In this document: positions 47,373 to 57,630 of the stretch, in pieces
How the letters are laid out: the number at the start of each line of letters is the position of its first letter
Numbering within the stretch: position 1 is the first letter of the stretch
DNA from: a virus
Lineage: Duplodnaviria > Caudoviricetes
Reading direction: 5' to 3' (one strand)
DNA length: 64,000 nt
IMG/VR virus record: IMGVR_UViG_3300034157_000065
Coordinates: 96,001 to 160,000 of that record
Position numbers and translations under genes: made by a program
Notes under the pieces: model-generated
Seen by the model: only the letters and a program-made list of their open reading frames with translations
What the model was told of the DNA's origin: nothing
Database searches by the model: none

Positions 47373-47705
47373 ATGACTAACGCTACTATTAAAATTGATA
47401 ACAAAGAAATCTCGACTCTGGCAGCAGAATGGCTTGATGCTATTGAAACCATTCCAAACGAAAGTATTTATTCCAAAATGAAGGTTCGTGAAGAGTCGAT
47501 GAATTTGTGGAACATGTTCCGTAACAACTGTGATGTGCTGGTTAATGGCGATGTTTCCATTGTTGTGACCGAAGTTGACATCATGCAAAAATCCAAGGCG
47601 TATGCGGTGTTTGTTCACTCTTTACCAGAAAACATTCGAGAGCTGTTTAATAGTAAGTTTGAAAACTTTTGGGACGCTGTATGCACCCATATGGTTCTCA
47701 AATAA
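47373..47705 (+). CDS. Hypothetical protein
   Basis: GGAG RBS. Confidence 0.7.
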   Translation: MTNATIKIDNKEISTLAAEWLDAIETIPNESIYSKMKVREESMNLWNMFRNNCDVLVNGDVSIVVTEVDIMQKSKAYAVFVHSLPENIRELFNSKFENFWDAVCTHMVLK

Positions 47706-47716
47706 AATAGAACTCG

Positions 47717-47748
47717 AAAAAAAAGCCTCTTCGGAGGCTTTATTTTTT
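47717..47748. terminator. Bidirectional intrinsic terminator (cUUCGg)
   Basis: A-run, gcctc-ttcg-gaggc, T-rich run between convergent genes. Confidence 0.8.
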
Positions 47749-48642
47749 GAAGATTAAATCTAATTGACCTTCATAATCATTGATGTTAGGCAAACCATCA
47801 CAATTATAATCAGCATTGAAACTACTGCCAATGTTTGAGAAGTATCTTCTTTCCATTACACACTCATAATCTTTTGGTGATTTGGTTGTTCTTACAATGA
47901 CTACATTAGGCACATTGAGCAATGTGGTAGAATGCACACCATCCATTCTAAATTTTAAGGTTTGAGACAAGCTTTCAATAATATAGTTTTCTGGATAAAC
48001 ATCGTTTTCTTGACTTCTTATTGAACCATTGACTTTATAGATGTCTCTTTGTGATTTATACACGTCATCACTGTAATCAAAATCAATAGAAATGCTCAAG
48101 TTACCCATTGAGCTTGCTAATTCTGTTGTGTTTGTCAACATTGTGATATCTTTATTCTTATTCACACCTTCATATTCAATTCCATATCTTTTATGGTTTC
48201 CACTTTCTATCAAAGGTGGATTGGTATTCAATTCAATTGATATCATGGGTACAGAGTATGATGGTTTGTTTTCGACCATCTCATAGTTTTCATTAGGTAA
48301 TAACGACTTCAATGCTATACTTGTTTTTGTTTTTTCCATGTCTGATGTGATTACTCTTCTCAGTGGTGGAGTAAAACTGTTATCAATCGTATAACGTCTG
48401 CCTTGTAAAAGTTTCTGTTCCTTTTGTCTATACAACTCAGGATCAATTTTGTCGATGGCGGTACTGAGCAATTCGTCTTCAATACCCACAAAAGATTCTT
48501 TTTTTACTGTTTCAACGGTTTCAACTGGTTTTGAATGATTGATACCTTCAATTTCAATTTCTTTCTCTTTGCTGATGCTGTAATACAAAACAGCGGCTAC
48601 AATTATTACTGGTATCCATATTAACACGTCCTTCTTTGCCAT
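47740..48642 (-). CDS. Membrane-anchored exported protein
   Basis: Single N-terminal TM; C-terminal Cys pair. Confidence 0.75.
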   Translation of the reverse strand: MAKKDVLIWIPVIIVAAVLYYSISKEKEIEIEGINHSKPVETVETVKKESFVGIEDELLSTAIDKIDPELYRQKEQKLLQGRRYTIDNSFTPPLRRVITSDMEKTKTSIALKSLLPNENYEMVENKPSYSVPMISIELNTNPPLIESGNHKRYGIEYEGVNKNKDITMLTNTTELASSMGNLSISIDFDYSDDVYKSQRDIYKVNGSIRSQENDVYPENYIIESLSQTLKFRMDGVHSTTLLNVPNVVIVRTTKSPKDYECVMERRYFSNIGSSFNADYNCDGLPNINDYEGQLDLIFKK

Positions 48643-48945
48643 CTTAAATTCCTATATGTGCTCTTTAAATAAGACCATATATTCATTATAATGTCAATAT
48701 ATTATTATTTATATAAAGTCATTTTTGACCATTATATTAGTGATTAAATGGTATGCTTTGCAATAAAACTGTCATCTTACAAATTTAACTTTTCTTATTT
48801 AATTGAGGATTAACGATAGAATTGCTTTTGATGGTTATTAAACGATTAATTATTGAAAATATTTTTAAATTTATTTTTGTTTAATTCGTTATATATCCCA
48901 TTTATTAAATTTAAAACAAAAAAAAGAGCCATCAGGCTCTTTTCT

Positions 48946-49203
48946 TCATTGTTTTGGTATGTAAACTGGAACTGGTAATGTTTTACCATCAAAGCAACGA
49001 TGTGGTCCAGCCAAATGCCAAACCTTTTCGTCATCTTGTGTTCCAATGTATTCGCAATTTTCTATCTGGAATTTCTTGTAGCTGAAGCCATATCCCGTTT
49101 TTTCTAATTTTGTGTCGCTGAAACTGCTGTCATTGATTGCGTTAGCACAACCTGTCAATAAAATACTGCCTGCGATCAAAACTCCATACATTAATTTATT
49201 CAT
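48946..49203 (-). CDS. Lipoprotein
   Basis: Lipobox LTGC; AGGAG RBS. Confidence 0.75.
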   Translation of the reverse strand: MNKLMYGVLIAGSILLTGCANAINDSSFSDTKLEKTGYGFSYKKFQIENCEYIGTQDDEKVWHLAGPHRCFDGKTLPVPVYIPKQ

Positions 49204-49313
49204 TAAAACTCCTTTTAGTCGTTAACAACTTTATATTACAATTAAAGATTTAAGTCAACTACTAATCAAAGTTTTAATGAACAGTTTCAATGATATATTG
49301 TTAATAACAGTCT

Positions 49314-49760
49314 TTAACTAGCGAGTTTTTGAGACTTTCGAATTTCTTTCAACTTATGTTCGATTTTCCCTTTTTCAAAATTGCAGATCATGCACATGGT
49401 CTGTGTGTTGGCAATATTGTCAGCCCCACCCAAAGAACGTGCCAGAATATGGTCGTGTGTCATCAAGACTTGTTTTCCATTGGGGGCAATAGCCCAAAGG
49501 TTGAGATGATAATTCACATCACCTTCATGACGTTCCATTGCAAAAAAGGCTCCTTTAATGCCACAGTCAACACATTCAATCCCATGCGTTGCAAAGGTGC
49601 GAAGACGCAACGAAGACAACTTCACTTGTTGACCAGAAAATTCTACACGTTTGGCTTTACCCTTGTGTTCAGGATCAAGAGGGCGTTCGTTGTATTCTTT
49701 GATAGCGTTAAGGGTTTCTTCCAGTTCGCATTTTTTCAGTCGTAGATAATTAGTGGACAT
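49314..49760 (-). CDS. HNH endonuclease-like protein
   Basis: CVDC, THDHILARSLGGAD...N.QTMC..CN..KG. Confidence 0.85.
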   Translation of the reverse strand: MSTNYLRLKKCELEETLNAIKEYNERPLDPEHKGKAKRVEFSGQQVKLSSLRLRTFATHGIECVDCGIKGAFFAMERHEGDVNYHLNLWAIAPNGKQVLMTHDHILARSLGGADNIANTQTMCMICNFEKGKIEHKLKEIRKSQKLAS

Positions 49761-49858
49761 GAGATAATTCCTTACATTTGTTCAATTTAAACAATTATAA
49801 CAAAAAACTGACCGTAAAGCCAGTGATTAATAAACAAAAAATCGCCATTAGGCGACTT

Positions 49859-50206
49859 TTAAGGTTTTGCTGGTTTCCATCTTGGATTTATATCTTCAAG
49901 CTTACTTTCAGTGATAGTTTTAGGTTTGTAAGACTCAGTGATGAATACACCCATTTCTTTACCATCAAGTTTGTAATTAGTTTTGTTCGCCACTTTTTCA
50001 GCGTCAACTTTGTATTCTTGTCCTCTGAACTCAACTCTTGCAGCAACTACTGGACTTTTTTCATCGTATTTAAAGCCTTCGATTTTTACTTTACCTACCT
50101 CGATAGCCCCTGTTTGAAGGTCAACCAAGCATTCTTTCTGGATGTTTTTGCCATCTGCTCTTGTTTCAACAAATGAAGCCTTCTTTTTAACGTCAGTCTC
50201 TTTCAT
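49859..50206 (-). CDS. Hypothetical protein
   Basis: 115 aa ORF. Confidence 0.65.
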   Translation of the reverse strand: MKETDVKKKASFVETRADGKNIQKECLVDLQTGAIEVGKVKIEGFKYDEKSPVVAARVEFRGQEYKVDAEKVANKTNYKLDGKEMGVFITESYKPKTITESKLEDINPRWKPAKP

Positions 50207-50322
50207 TTTTCAATCTCTTGTTTTTTATCATTATAGCATATTTAAAATATTCCTCAAATCACCTTGCCGATTTTTTACGTTTCTGTTATAATCCATTCAT
50301 TAAATCACATGAGGCTTTACCC

Positions 50323-50811
50323 ATGAATACTGTACGTCTCGAAGTCGTTGTTAACGCCTTTCAAAACACTCCTGATTTTGATACCAAAGATAGTGATAAT
50401 TTAGCCATTATCTTGGATTCAGTTTCACGCAAGAATTTCTCTGGGGCTGCTTATAGCTTGAAAAGTCTATCGTCTGGTCAGTTCTTCTATCCAGAAGAAT
50501 ATCGCGTTCAAATTGCTTTTTGTAAAGCGATTAAGCTTGAATTGATGGCTCTTGGTAAAGAACATTACCATGAAGAAATTGCTAAACGCATTGATTTTCT
50601 TTTCAATAGCACCTATTTCAAACCTGATATGGCTATTCTTCTACCAGCACTCAGCTATGACAATAAAAAAGTGTTGAATGTTGAAAAACTTGAAGAAGCT
50701 GTTGCCTTTTATGACAACCGTAAAGAAGAGTTTGATCCTGTTATTTCTCGTATTCTTCAAGAAATTGATCTTAATCATAACTTGATGAAAAATTATTTGA
50801 AGGATGTCTAA
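50323..50811 (+). CDS. Hypothetical protein
   Basis: GAGG RBS before ATG 50323. Confidence 0.7.
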   Translation: MNTVRLEVVVNAFQNTPDFDTKDSDNLAIILDSVSRKNFSGAAYSLKSLSSGQFFYPEEYRVQIAFCKAIKLELMALGKEHYHEEIAKRIDFLFNSTYFKPDMAILLPALSYDNKKVLNVEKLEEAVAFYDNRKEEFDPVISRILQEIDLNHNLMKNYLKDV

Positions 50812-51262
50812 TATGGATATCACCACACAAAAACTTAAAGCACAACATCTCAAGAGTTTCAACGAAGCTCTTGTGATTGCTGAATCTATTGCAAAAGAAC
50901 GAACGGCAAACATTTGTTTTTATGCAGGATCTAATCGGGTTGAAATGAATCGGATGATTGCAGCCAACAATGCGGAATGTTCAAAGTTTAATGCGGTCTA
51001 CGGAAAATTCTTTGACCATTTTGAAGCTCAGTTTCTGGATGATGTTGATATTGAACCGTTTACACAAGACGACATTAAAAACATGGAACAGTTGTTTCAG
51101 ATTAAAATTGATTCCATGAATAAAGCTAAAGATGACTTAATGCGTTACAGCACTGACAACATGGTTTCTTTCAGTGTCTCCACAGAAGTCAGTCGAATTA
51201 CATTTGTGTTTAAAGACATTGTTGATATTATTAAAGAACATTACATGGCAAAACATGAATAA
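50804..51262 (+). CDS. Hypothetical protein
   Basis: Overlaps its neighbours in an operon-like run. Confidence 0.7.
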   Translation: MSNMDITTQKLKAQHLKSFNEALVIAESIAKERTANICFYAGSNRVEMNRMIAANNAECSKFNAVYGKFFDHFEAQFLDDVDIEPFTQDDIKNMEQLFQIKIDSMNKAKDDLMRYSTDNMVSFSVSTEVSRITFVFKDIVDIIKEHYMAKHE

Positions 51263-51803
51263 AAATATTGAAAAAATAAAAAGACAGATGAATAAACCCC
51301 TAGCAAGCAATGGTGTGTCCCTTGTTCGCTGGGGTGGTTTAACGATGGTTCGCCAGAAAGGCAACTATGGTCGAGACACATTCCATGCCGCACCAGAACG
51401 CTATGGGTTTTATGCTTTCTTATTTCCATTCATCGACTTATTTCTTATCAGTTCCACTAAAAAAACTGAGTTTAATGCCGGAGTTCGAAAAGAATTTCAT
51501 GCTATCGGTGGTGTTATCTGGACGCATATTAAACCTGATGACGCTTCTATGATTCTGGATGTTCATGGCGATTGGTTTAAAGTGGATGTGTCTAACCTGA
51601 ACAAAATGGTTCAGAAGGCGTTTGCGGTTGAAAGCTCAGTTGTTCAATCTGATTACTTCTTTGAAAATCATGAAACCAGAACCCCTTGGAAGTGTTATCA
51701 AGGCAAAGAATTAAAGGTTCAAAGGGTCAATGCTTATGGTGGTTATGGCCGTATGACTGACAATTTGGAGGTTTTTGTTTGCCGAGATACCAAAATTTCT
51801 TAA
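51255..51803 (+). CDS. Hypothetical protein
   Basis: ATG 51255; VRWGGL, FHAAPE..G.YAF. Confidence 0.7.
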   Translation: MNKNIEKIKRQMNKPLASNGVSLVRWGGLTMVRQKGNYGRDTFHAAPERYGFYAFLFPFIDLFLISSTKKTEFNAGVRKEFHAIGGVIWTHIKPDDASMILDVHGDWFKVDVSNLNKMVQKAFAVESSVVQSDYFFENHETRTPWKCYQGKELKVQRVNAYGGYGRMTDNLEVFVCRDTKIS

Positions 51804-51890
51804 TTTTTTCTAGAAAATTGATGAAGGCTCTTGTCTGTTTATAGTTTTTTTGCTATACTACACTCAATCAAACAGAAAAGAGAGTTTATC

Positions 51891-52199
51891 ATGAACCGTC
51901 TAAATATTTTTGAAATACCACTCTTTGATAATCCAACTCCACAGCCGGTTCAGTATCTTGAAGTTCGTGTTCAGTTTAAGGACACTAACTTTATTGAGAC
52001 GGTAAACTTTCAAAGCCTTAATGTTTTCAAGTTTGTGGCAGATGATGTGACTGTTCTTCGTTGGAAGCATATTTCCGAACTTGATGACTCGAAGGAAATT
52101 GAAGGCGAAGGCACTAGTTTTGAAACAATGAGCAACTACTTCTCTCAACTGGAAGCTGATGCTCTTAAAGCTGAGAAAGCTAAAAAAAATAAACGCTAA
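51891..52199 (+). CDS. Hypothetical protein
   Basis: ATG 51891 after promoter. Confidence 0.65.
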   Translation: MNRLNIFEIPLFDNPTPQPVQYLEVRVQFKDTNFIETVNFQSLNVFKFVADDVTVLRWKHISELDDSKEIEGEGTSFETMSNYFSQLEADALKAEKAKKNKR

Positions 52200-52212
52200 G
52201 AAGGAATATATT

Positions 52213-52407
52213 ATGACGCCAGAACAACGTATCCTGCATGGTCAACGTGAAAGCGACGATGATGGCTTTACTTATGTAGCCGGTAAGCACAAGGCTGGTC
52301 GTGTTAAACGCACTCGTAACCGTAACTCTACTGCTCGCAATATGCGTAATGACAAGCGTTCTGTTAAAGCTGCTGAAATGAAACGCATGTTGAAAGAGTC
52401 CTTCTAA
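52213..52407 (+). CDS. Small basic protein
   Basis: AAGGA RBS before ATG 52213; Arg/Lys-rich. Confidence 0.65.
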   Translation: MTPEQRILHGQRESDDDGFTYVAGKHKAGRVKRTRNRNSTARNMRNDKRSVKAAEMKRMLKESF

Positions 52408-52466
52408 ATACAAGGCTTTCGGGCCTTGTTCTTTTCCCATTATTATTTTATTGAGGATTCATCTAT

Positions 52467-52976
52467 ATGTCAAAAACTATCGCGTTTACTGAAATCCCTG
52501 TCGAATCTAAAAAAGTTAGATCCTTCAGACTATCTGATATTAAAGTGATTTCAGAAACTGACCGTGCTGATATTGAACAATTGGCCGCTGTTAAAGTCAA
52601 CGAACCTTTTTTTGCGGTTGTGGAAGGTGATAGACATTACATTTACTCTTTCTCCAAGGTTTTTGAGGGGATCAAAAAAGAACATGAGAACTTGAAAGAA
52701 CGTAAATTTACAATGATTCTGTTCTGTGTTGTTAGTCTGATTGTCGCTATTGGATCTCTTCTTTTTTTAAAGTTTAATGGTCATTCTGTAACTCCTGATA
52801 TGTTAGGTTACGCTGCTTTTTTTATTTTCTTTGTCTGCTTGTGGGATTTGATTACAACACGCTATACAAAAATGATTAATATTCTTAATGACAAGAAGAC
52901 CTATGTGTTAACGGAAAGTCAGGATTATCTACAACAACTCAAAGAAGAAGCTCAAAAACCAGTACTCATTATCTAG
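52467..52976 (+). CDS. Two-TM membrane protein, paralog of 53038-53559
   Basis: R.YIYSF.K and QDY....KEE..KPV shared. Confidence 0.75.
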   Translation: MSKTIAFTEIPVESKKVRSFRLSDIKVISETDRADIEQLAAVKVNEPFFAVVEGDRHYIYSFSKVFEGIKKEHENLKERKFTMILFCVVSLIVAIGSLLFLKFNGHSVTPDMLGYAAFFIFFVCLWDLITTRYTKMINILNDKKTYVLTESQDYLQQLKEEAQKPVLII

Positions 52977-53037
52977 CAGATGTGTTAAAATAGCTTAAAT
53001 GTTTAGCAATTCCATCTATTCTTTGAGGCTTAAATTT

Positions 53038-53559
53038 ATGAAAAATATTACCGAATTGTCTATTGAACAAGTTATTCCAGAACCAACGCCAGAAATTCAT
53101 TCGTTTGTTGGTTACAACATTCAGTTGCTCGGGGAGCTAGATCGTGAACGCTATGCTGACTTGGAAAATTTGGATGACAAAGAACCTTTGCTTTCTGTTT
53201 CTAATGGTAAACGCAATTATATTTATTCTTTCACGAAGGCTGTGAAAGTCATTGAAAAAGAAATACTATCATTAGAAAATAATTTTATTAGTTCAATCGG
53301 CATGGCTGTTTGTTCTTTTATGCTTTTCGTTGGTGTTTGTGCAATGCTCTTATCCGCAAGTAGGGTTCCAGAATTCGCACCAATGTTTGGAGTCGGATTT
53401 GGAGGACTGACTGTTTATTCAATCATTCATTTGATTAGGTTTAAACATCTTAAAAAAATTAAAGAACTTAAAAACAAAAAAACTGCAATTTTTACTTATG
53501 GTCAAGATTACATTAAAACGAAGAAAGAAGAATACAAAAAGCCAGTGGTTGTCGTTTGA
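53038..53559 (+). CDS. Two-TM membrane protein, paralog of 52467-52976
   Basis: GAGG RBS before ATG 53038; shared motifs. Confidence 0.75.
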   Translation: MKNITELSIEQVIPEPTPEIHSFVGYNIQLLGELDRERYADLENLDDKEPLLSVSNGKRNYIYSFTKAVKVIEKEILSLENNFISSIGMAVCSFMLFVGVCAMLLSASRVPEFAPMFGVGFGGLTVYSIIHLIRFKHLKKIKELKNKKTAIFTYGQDYIKTKKEEYKKPVVVV

Positions 53560-53693
53560 TTTTATTGCTTAATTTTTAAGCCACTTCGGCGGCTTTTTTA
53601 TTGACTATTTTTTTTTAAATGGAGAATGTTATATCTTTGTGGTTGATTTTTTTGTTGTTTTCTGTTAGACTTAATAATCATCGGAGCCATTTT

Positions 53694-55184
53694 ATGTCAA
53701 AAATCACTACTGAAGATTGTAAATCATTCCTTTTGGTCGCCTATCCAGATAAAAAAAACGTCGAATGGAAGCGAATTCGTAAATTTAAAGATGAAAATGG
53801 TGATAGCTGTCGAGAATTTTCACATTCGGATGGCTCTCATATATCTTTAGTTGAAAAAAATGGTCAATTATCCGTTATAACTACCATCTCAAGGACATTT
53901 GATAAAAAAAAATCTGTTACAACCACTGATAAAACATCAAATACTACAATAGCTACCAGTAATGAACAAGATAAAATTAATTGTAAAAAAGCCGTATTTA
54001 CAATGTTTGATGACAATAACAAGAAAGCGGCTAAACGATTAGTGAATGCTTTCGTAAAACCAAAAGAAGACCCAGTTGAACCAGATTCGAGTTCGAAAGG
54101 ATTTCAAGCGATTCCCAACCTTATGTATTTCTCTTTCCTTGAAGATGCCAATCCAGATGAATCCGAATATTTGGAAGAAATTGCTGCAGAGATGAATTTT
54201 AAGGCTCCAATGAGAGAGATTGCTGTCTTTTTTATGCCCAGCACCGTTAAATCATTTTGTGACCATATTTCACCTTTGATAGAATCTTTTCTGACACTTC
54301 CACTGTATGAAGTCGAAGAGATGTCTTTTAAAATTAATGATTGTGATACACCCCTAAGCGTTGCCGATGTATTTGAACAATTGAGCAAGGAAGGCTTTGT
54401 TTATAATCCAGATGGTTGTGCTTTGAGATCTTTATTTGAACAATATAGCTTTATCAATATTGAACCCATTGTTGATCCTAATGACAGAACTGCTGAATAT
54501 AAAAAAGACTTTCTTTCTGCACTGAAAAAAGATGACGTTAATAAAATGAAAGCATTAATTGATTCAGGAATGCCACTTAATTTTAAAGTAGGTGGTCAAT
54601 CTCTATTAGGTAAAACCATGCATGAAAATAAACTGGAATGTTTTAAGTACCTTTTACCACTCTATTCCAACACGGCTAATACCGGAAATGGTGCTGTTGA
54701 TCAGGTTTGGGACAATGCTTGGTGGCCTAATGATTGTTCTCGTTACTTTATGGAGAATGCTTTTTATGATTTTACACGTTCCAATAAAAATGCACATCGT
54801 CATTTAGTGGTGACATTAGTTCATCATACTTCATATTTCGACAGAATGGAGAAGATAGTCAATCTAGAATTTTTCTCAGTGGCTTGTCTCGAAGCTACAT
54901 TAACTCATGACAGGGCGTATCATGTTTTTAAAGATTTTGTCAAAAAAGCAATAAATGAATATCCGTCCAGTGTGTCAACCAGTAAAGAGTTGTTGGAGAG
55001 ACTTGAATATGGCTTTATCATTCCACCTATTTTAGAGCTTTTAGCTGGCAGTTCTTGCACCTTTGACAATAAGACTGTCTTTGAAGTTGTTCAGGCTAAA
55101 ATTGATGAAATCGGCCATGATCCAAAAGGATATCGGGATAAGATTGAAATCTATAAAGCATTCTTGAAGAAGCATGGTCGTTAA
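53694..55184 (+). CDS. Multidomain protein with ankyrin-like repeat
   Basis: GGAG RBS before ATG 53694; ALKKDDVNKMKALIDSG.PLN...GQSLL....ECFKYLL. Confidence 0.65.
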   Translation: MSKITTEDCKSFLLVAYPDKKNVEWKRIRKFKDENGDSCREFSHSDGSHISLVEKNGQLSVITTISRTFDKKKSVTTTDKTSNTTIATSNEQDKINCKKAVFTMFDDNNKKAAKRLVNAFVKPKEDPVEPDSSSKGFQAIPNLMYFSFLEDANPDESEYLEEIAAEMNFKAPMREIAVFFMPSTVKSFCDHISPLIESFLTLPLYEVEEMSFKINDCDTPLSVADVFEQLSKEGFVYNPDGCALRSLFEQYSFINIEPIVDPNDRTAEYKKDFLSALKKDDVNKMKALIDSGMPLNFKVGGQSLLGKTMHENKLECFKYLLPLYSNTANTGNGAVDQVWDNAWWPNDCSRYFMENAFYDFTRSNKNAHRHLVVTLVHHTSYFDRMEKIVNLEFFSVACLEATLTHDRAYHVFKDFVKKAINEYPSSVSTSKELLERLEYGFIIPPILELLAGSSCTFDNKTVFEVVQAKIDEIGHDPKGYRDKIEIYKAFLKKHGR

Positions 55185-55276
55185 TTGTAGTGTTTTTTAT
55201 TAAAACCACTTCGGTGGTTTTTTTATGCCACAAAAAAGCCCCACCGTTGTGAGGCTTTCTGTTTTAGGTGACTTGA

Positions 55277-55993
55277 TTAAAGGAAGTGAGCAGAACTTTT
55301 TGGAGTCAGCTCATAACCATAGGATTTCAAAAACTGCTTATCGAATGCAATGATTTTATCGCGGGTTTCAGCGAAATGTTCAGGCTCTTCAATTTTGTTG
55401 GCTGGTATTGCCGTTGCACTGAAGATGTTGCCATACAGTTCAACCAGTGCCATTTGATTCGCATCAATGGTACCGATCATGTGAATAGGTGTTGGGTCGA
55501 TTTTTTGTTCCCAACCAATAATATCAGTTTGACCGTTAACCAATCCAGACATCGAATCAATGGCTGCTACCATCAGAGCAAAAGCATTTTCTGGCATAGA
55601 GCTTGTTTCGTCTGTCATGTAACCGAACAGTGACACCTTTTCACCCTCGTTGGGCACCAGAGTCACTTTCTTATGAGATTTTGCGACACTACCATAACGG
55701 TATTTGCGATAACCAGCGATCATGTTCTTATAAGCATTGGTTGGTTTTCCGTCACGATGATCTTGAAAGATTTCCAAATAAGCAGGAATATTCTTCATCA
55801 TCTTGTTGGTCACACCCAAACAAACGTGATCAGAAGAGTGGTGATAGTTAGACACGATAATTTTGTCAGTTAGGTTGTAGTTCTTAGGCACTCGCTCAGC
55901 ATCATGCAGACCAAGACGGTATTGTTCTTGAAACAATGGAATATTATTACGGTCAATGTCGTGACGGATGGCGATAAGAACTTGATTACCCAT
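55277..55993 (-). CDS. Hypothetical protein
   Basis: GGAG RBS; paired terminators at 55200-55260. Confidence 0.75.
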   Translation of the reverse strand: MGNQVLIAIRHDIDRNNIPLFQEQYRLGLHDAERVPKNYNLTDKIIVSNYHHSSDHVCLGVTNKMMKNIPAYLEIFQDHRDGKPTNAYKNMIAGYRKYRYGSVAKSHKKVTLVPNEGEKVSLFGYMTDETSSMPENAFALMVAAIDSMSGLVNGQTDIIGWEQKIDPTPIHMIGTIDANQMALVELYGNIFSATAIPANKIEEPEHFAETRDKIIAFDKQFLKSYGYELTPKSSAHFL

Positions 55994-56145
55994 TTTTGTA
56001 TCTCCGTTGGTTTTGATGTGCTTATTATAAGTGATTTCAAGAATGTTGTACAGCCATTTTTACGCTATTTTATTTGTCTTTTATTTTCAATGCCAATGTG
56101 ATATACTTGGCTTTCAATGTTAATTCTTTAATATAGGATATTCAT

Positions 56146-56802
56146 ATGTTTGACAACAAGGCCATACTCAATGTCACTGAATATATTCAAGAACATCAAG
56201 CTTCTTTTCAAACGGTTAAAGATCAGTTACATAACAAAATATTGGATGCTTTTAAACGAGTTGAAGATTATTTTGATGTCATACTTCAATTTAACTTTAA
56301 TGATAATAAAAATGTTGTTTTTAATTTTTTTGAAATCGAATTCACGAAATATGAATCATCCAGTTTTTGTGGCTTTGTTGCAACATCTGTTCACGATACT
56401 ATTTCTTGTGATGTGGGGTATTTTCCATTTTCAATCACCCCTACAAATACAGCTTTTTCTTTAAAGTTTAATTCTGACTTTGAGTTGAGTTCCGTGATAA
56501 TTTCATCCAGAAATTTCAGTATGTTAAAACCAACGTCATCTGCCAATCGACTTGATCTTGTTTTTGATGATAATTTTAAATTAAAAGAAATATCACGTAC
56601 ATTTCAAAATGAAGTTATTTTAAAGAAAACTGAATCGAATTTATCTTCCTATGAAGAAGAGTTGAAACTTTTTCAAATCAGTGAAAGCAATATAAATAAT
56701 TTCATTGATTATCTTCCTGAATTCTATATTCCAGCAGCTTATGATTTTAATAGCATTGATTTTAAAGATAGAATGTCTGTGTATGATATGAGTTGTCTAT
56801 AA
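56146..56802 (+). CDS. YDF-tail family protein
   Basis: Ends LPEFYIPAAYDFNSIDFKDRMSVYDMSCL. Confidence 0.8.
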   Translation: MFDNKAILNVTEYIQEHQASFQTVKDQLHNKILDAFKRVEDYFDVILQFNFNDNKNVVFNFFEIEFTKYESSSFCGFVATSVHDTISCDVGYFPFSITPTNTAFSLKFNSDFELSSVIISSRNFSMLKPTSSANRLDLVFDDNFKLKEISRTFQNEVILKKTESNLSSYEEELKLFQISESNINNFIDYLPEFYIPAAYDFNSIDFKDRMSVYDMSCL

Positions 56803-56814
56803 AGGTGTATTAAT

Positions 56815-57519
56815 ATGCTAACTGTTACGAAAACTGACATCAAAGATCAAGAACTTATGAAAAAGTTCTTGATGCCACCAGACTATTCATCTTATGACCA
56901 GTTCATTGATCACTGCCTCAATGAGATTACTATAAAAGTTCAATCTATCATGGATGACCTTAGTATTAAAATGAACGCTCGATTAAAGTTTGGCTCGCAT
57001 TCAATTTTAGATGGACTTAATGATTTTCTTGTCATCGCTTTAATGAAAATCTGTTTTAAAAAAGAAGTTGTTGATGAACAGACTTTTTGTACTGCCACTT
57101 TCAATGGAATTTTGTCATTTGAATGTGGAACATTTGATTTCAAATTTAATCAATCCTATTCTTATTTCCATGTCATAGTTAATGAAGAACTCAAATTAAC
57201 TGCTTTCGAATATTCATCTGTCGTCTATGACAATCAAAATGTTAACAAGCGAGTTAACTTAAAATTCGATCAGGATGCGAACCTTACTGAATATTTATAT
57301 AAAGTGGACTCTACTTTTTTTGGATGGTCTGTTGAACGTTTAAAGAGTAAAGACATGTTGTGTACTTATGATGATGAATTGTTTCTACATAATTCAATTG
57401 CTCACCGAACAGCCCTGATGGATGAACTATTTCCAGAATTGTCTGTAATGGGTGTCTATGATTTTTCGTCACCTGAATTTAAACGTAAACTAACTTTATT
57501 TGAAATGTCATTGATTTAA
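56815..57519 (+). CDS. YDF-tail family protein
   Basis: Ends FPELSVMGVYDFSSPEFKRKLTLFEMSLI. Confidence 0.8.
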   Translation: MLTVTKTDIKDQELMKKFLMPPDYSSYDQFIDHCLNEITIKVQSIMDDLSIKMNARLKFGSHSILDGLNDFLVIALMKICFKKEVVDEQTFCTATFNGILSFECGTFDFKFNQSYSYFHVIVNEELKLTAFEYSSVVYDNQNVNKRVNLKFDQDANLTEYLYKVDSTFFGWSVERLKSKDMLCTYDDELFLHNSIAHRTALMDELFPELSVMGVYDFSSPEFKRKLTLFEMSLI

Positions 57520-57630
57520 CTTTTAAATATTATTGACGAAATATGCTATCGGGGTATGATTTTAAGATGGAAGACTTTTCATCTAGAGGCGTGTCTTCTC
57601 AATACTTACTTTTTAAATTAAGGAAAAATT

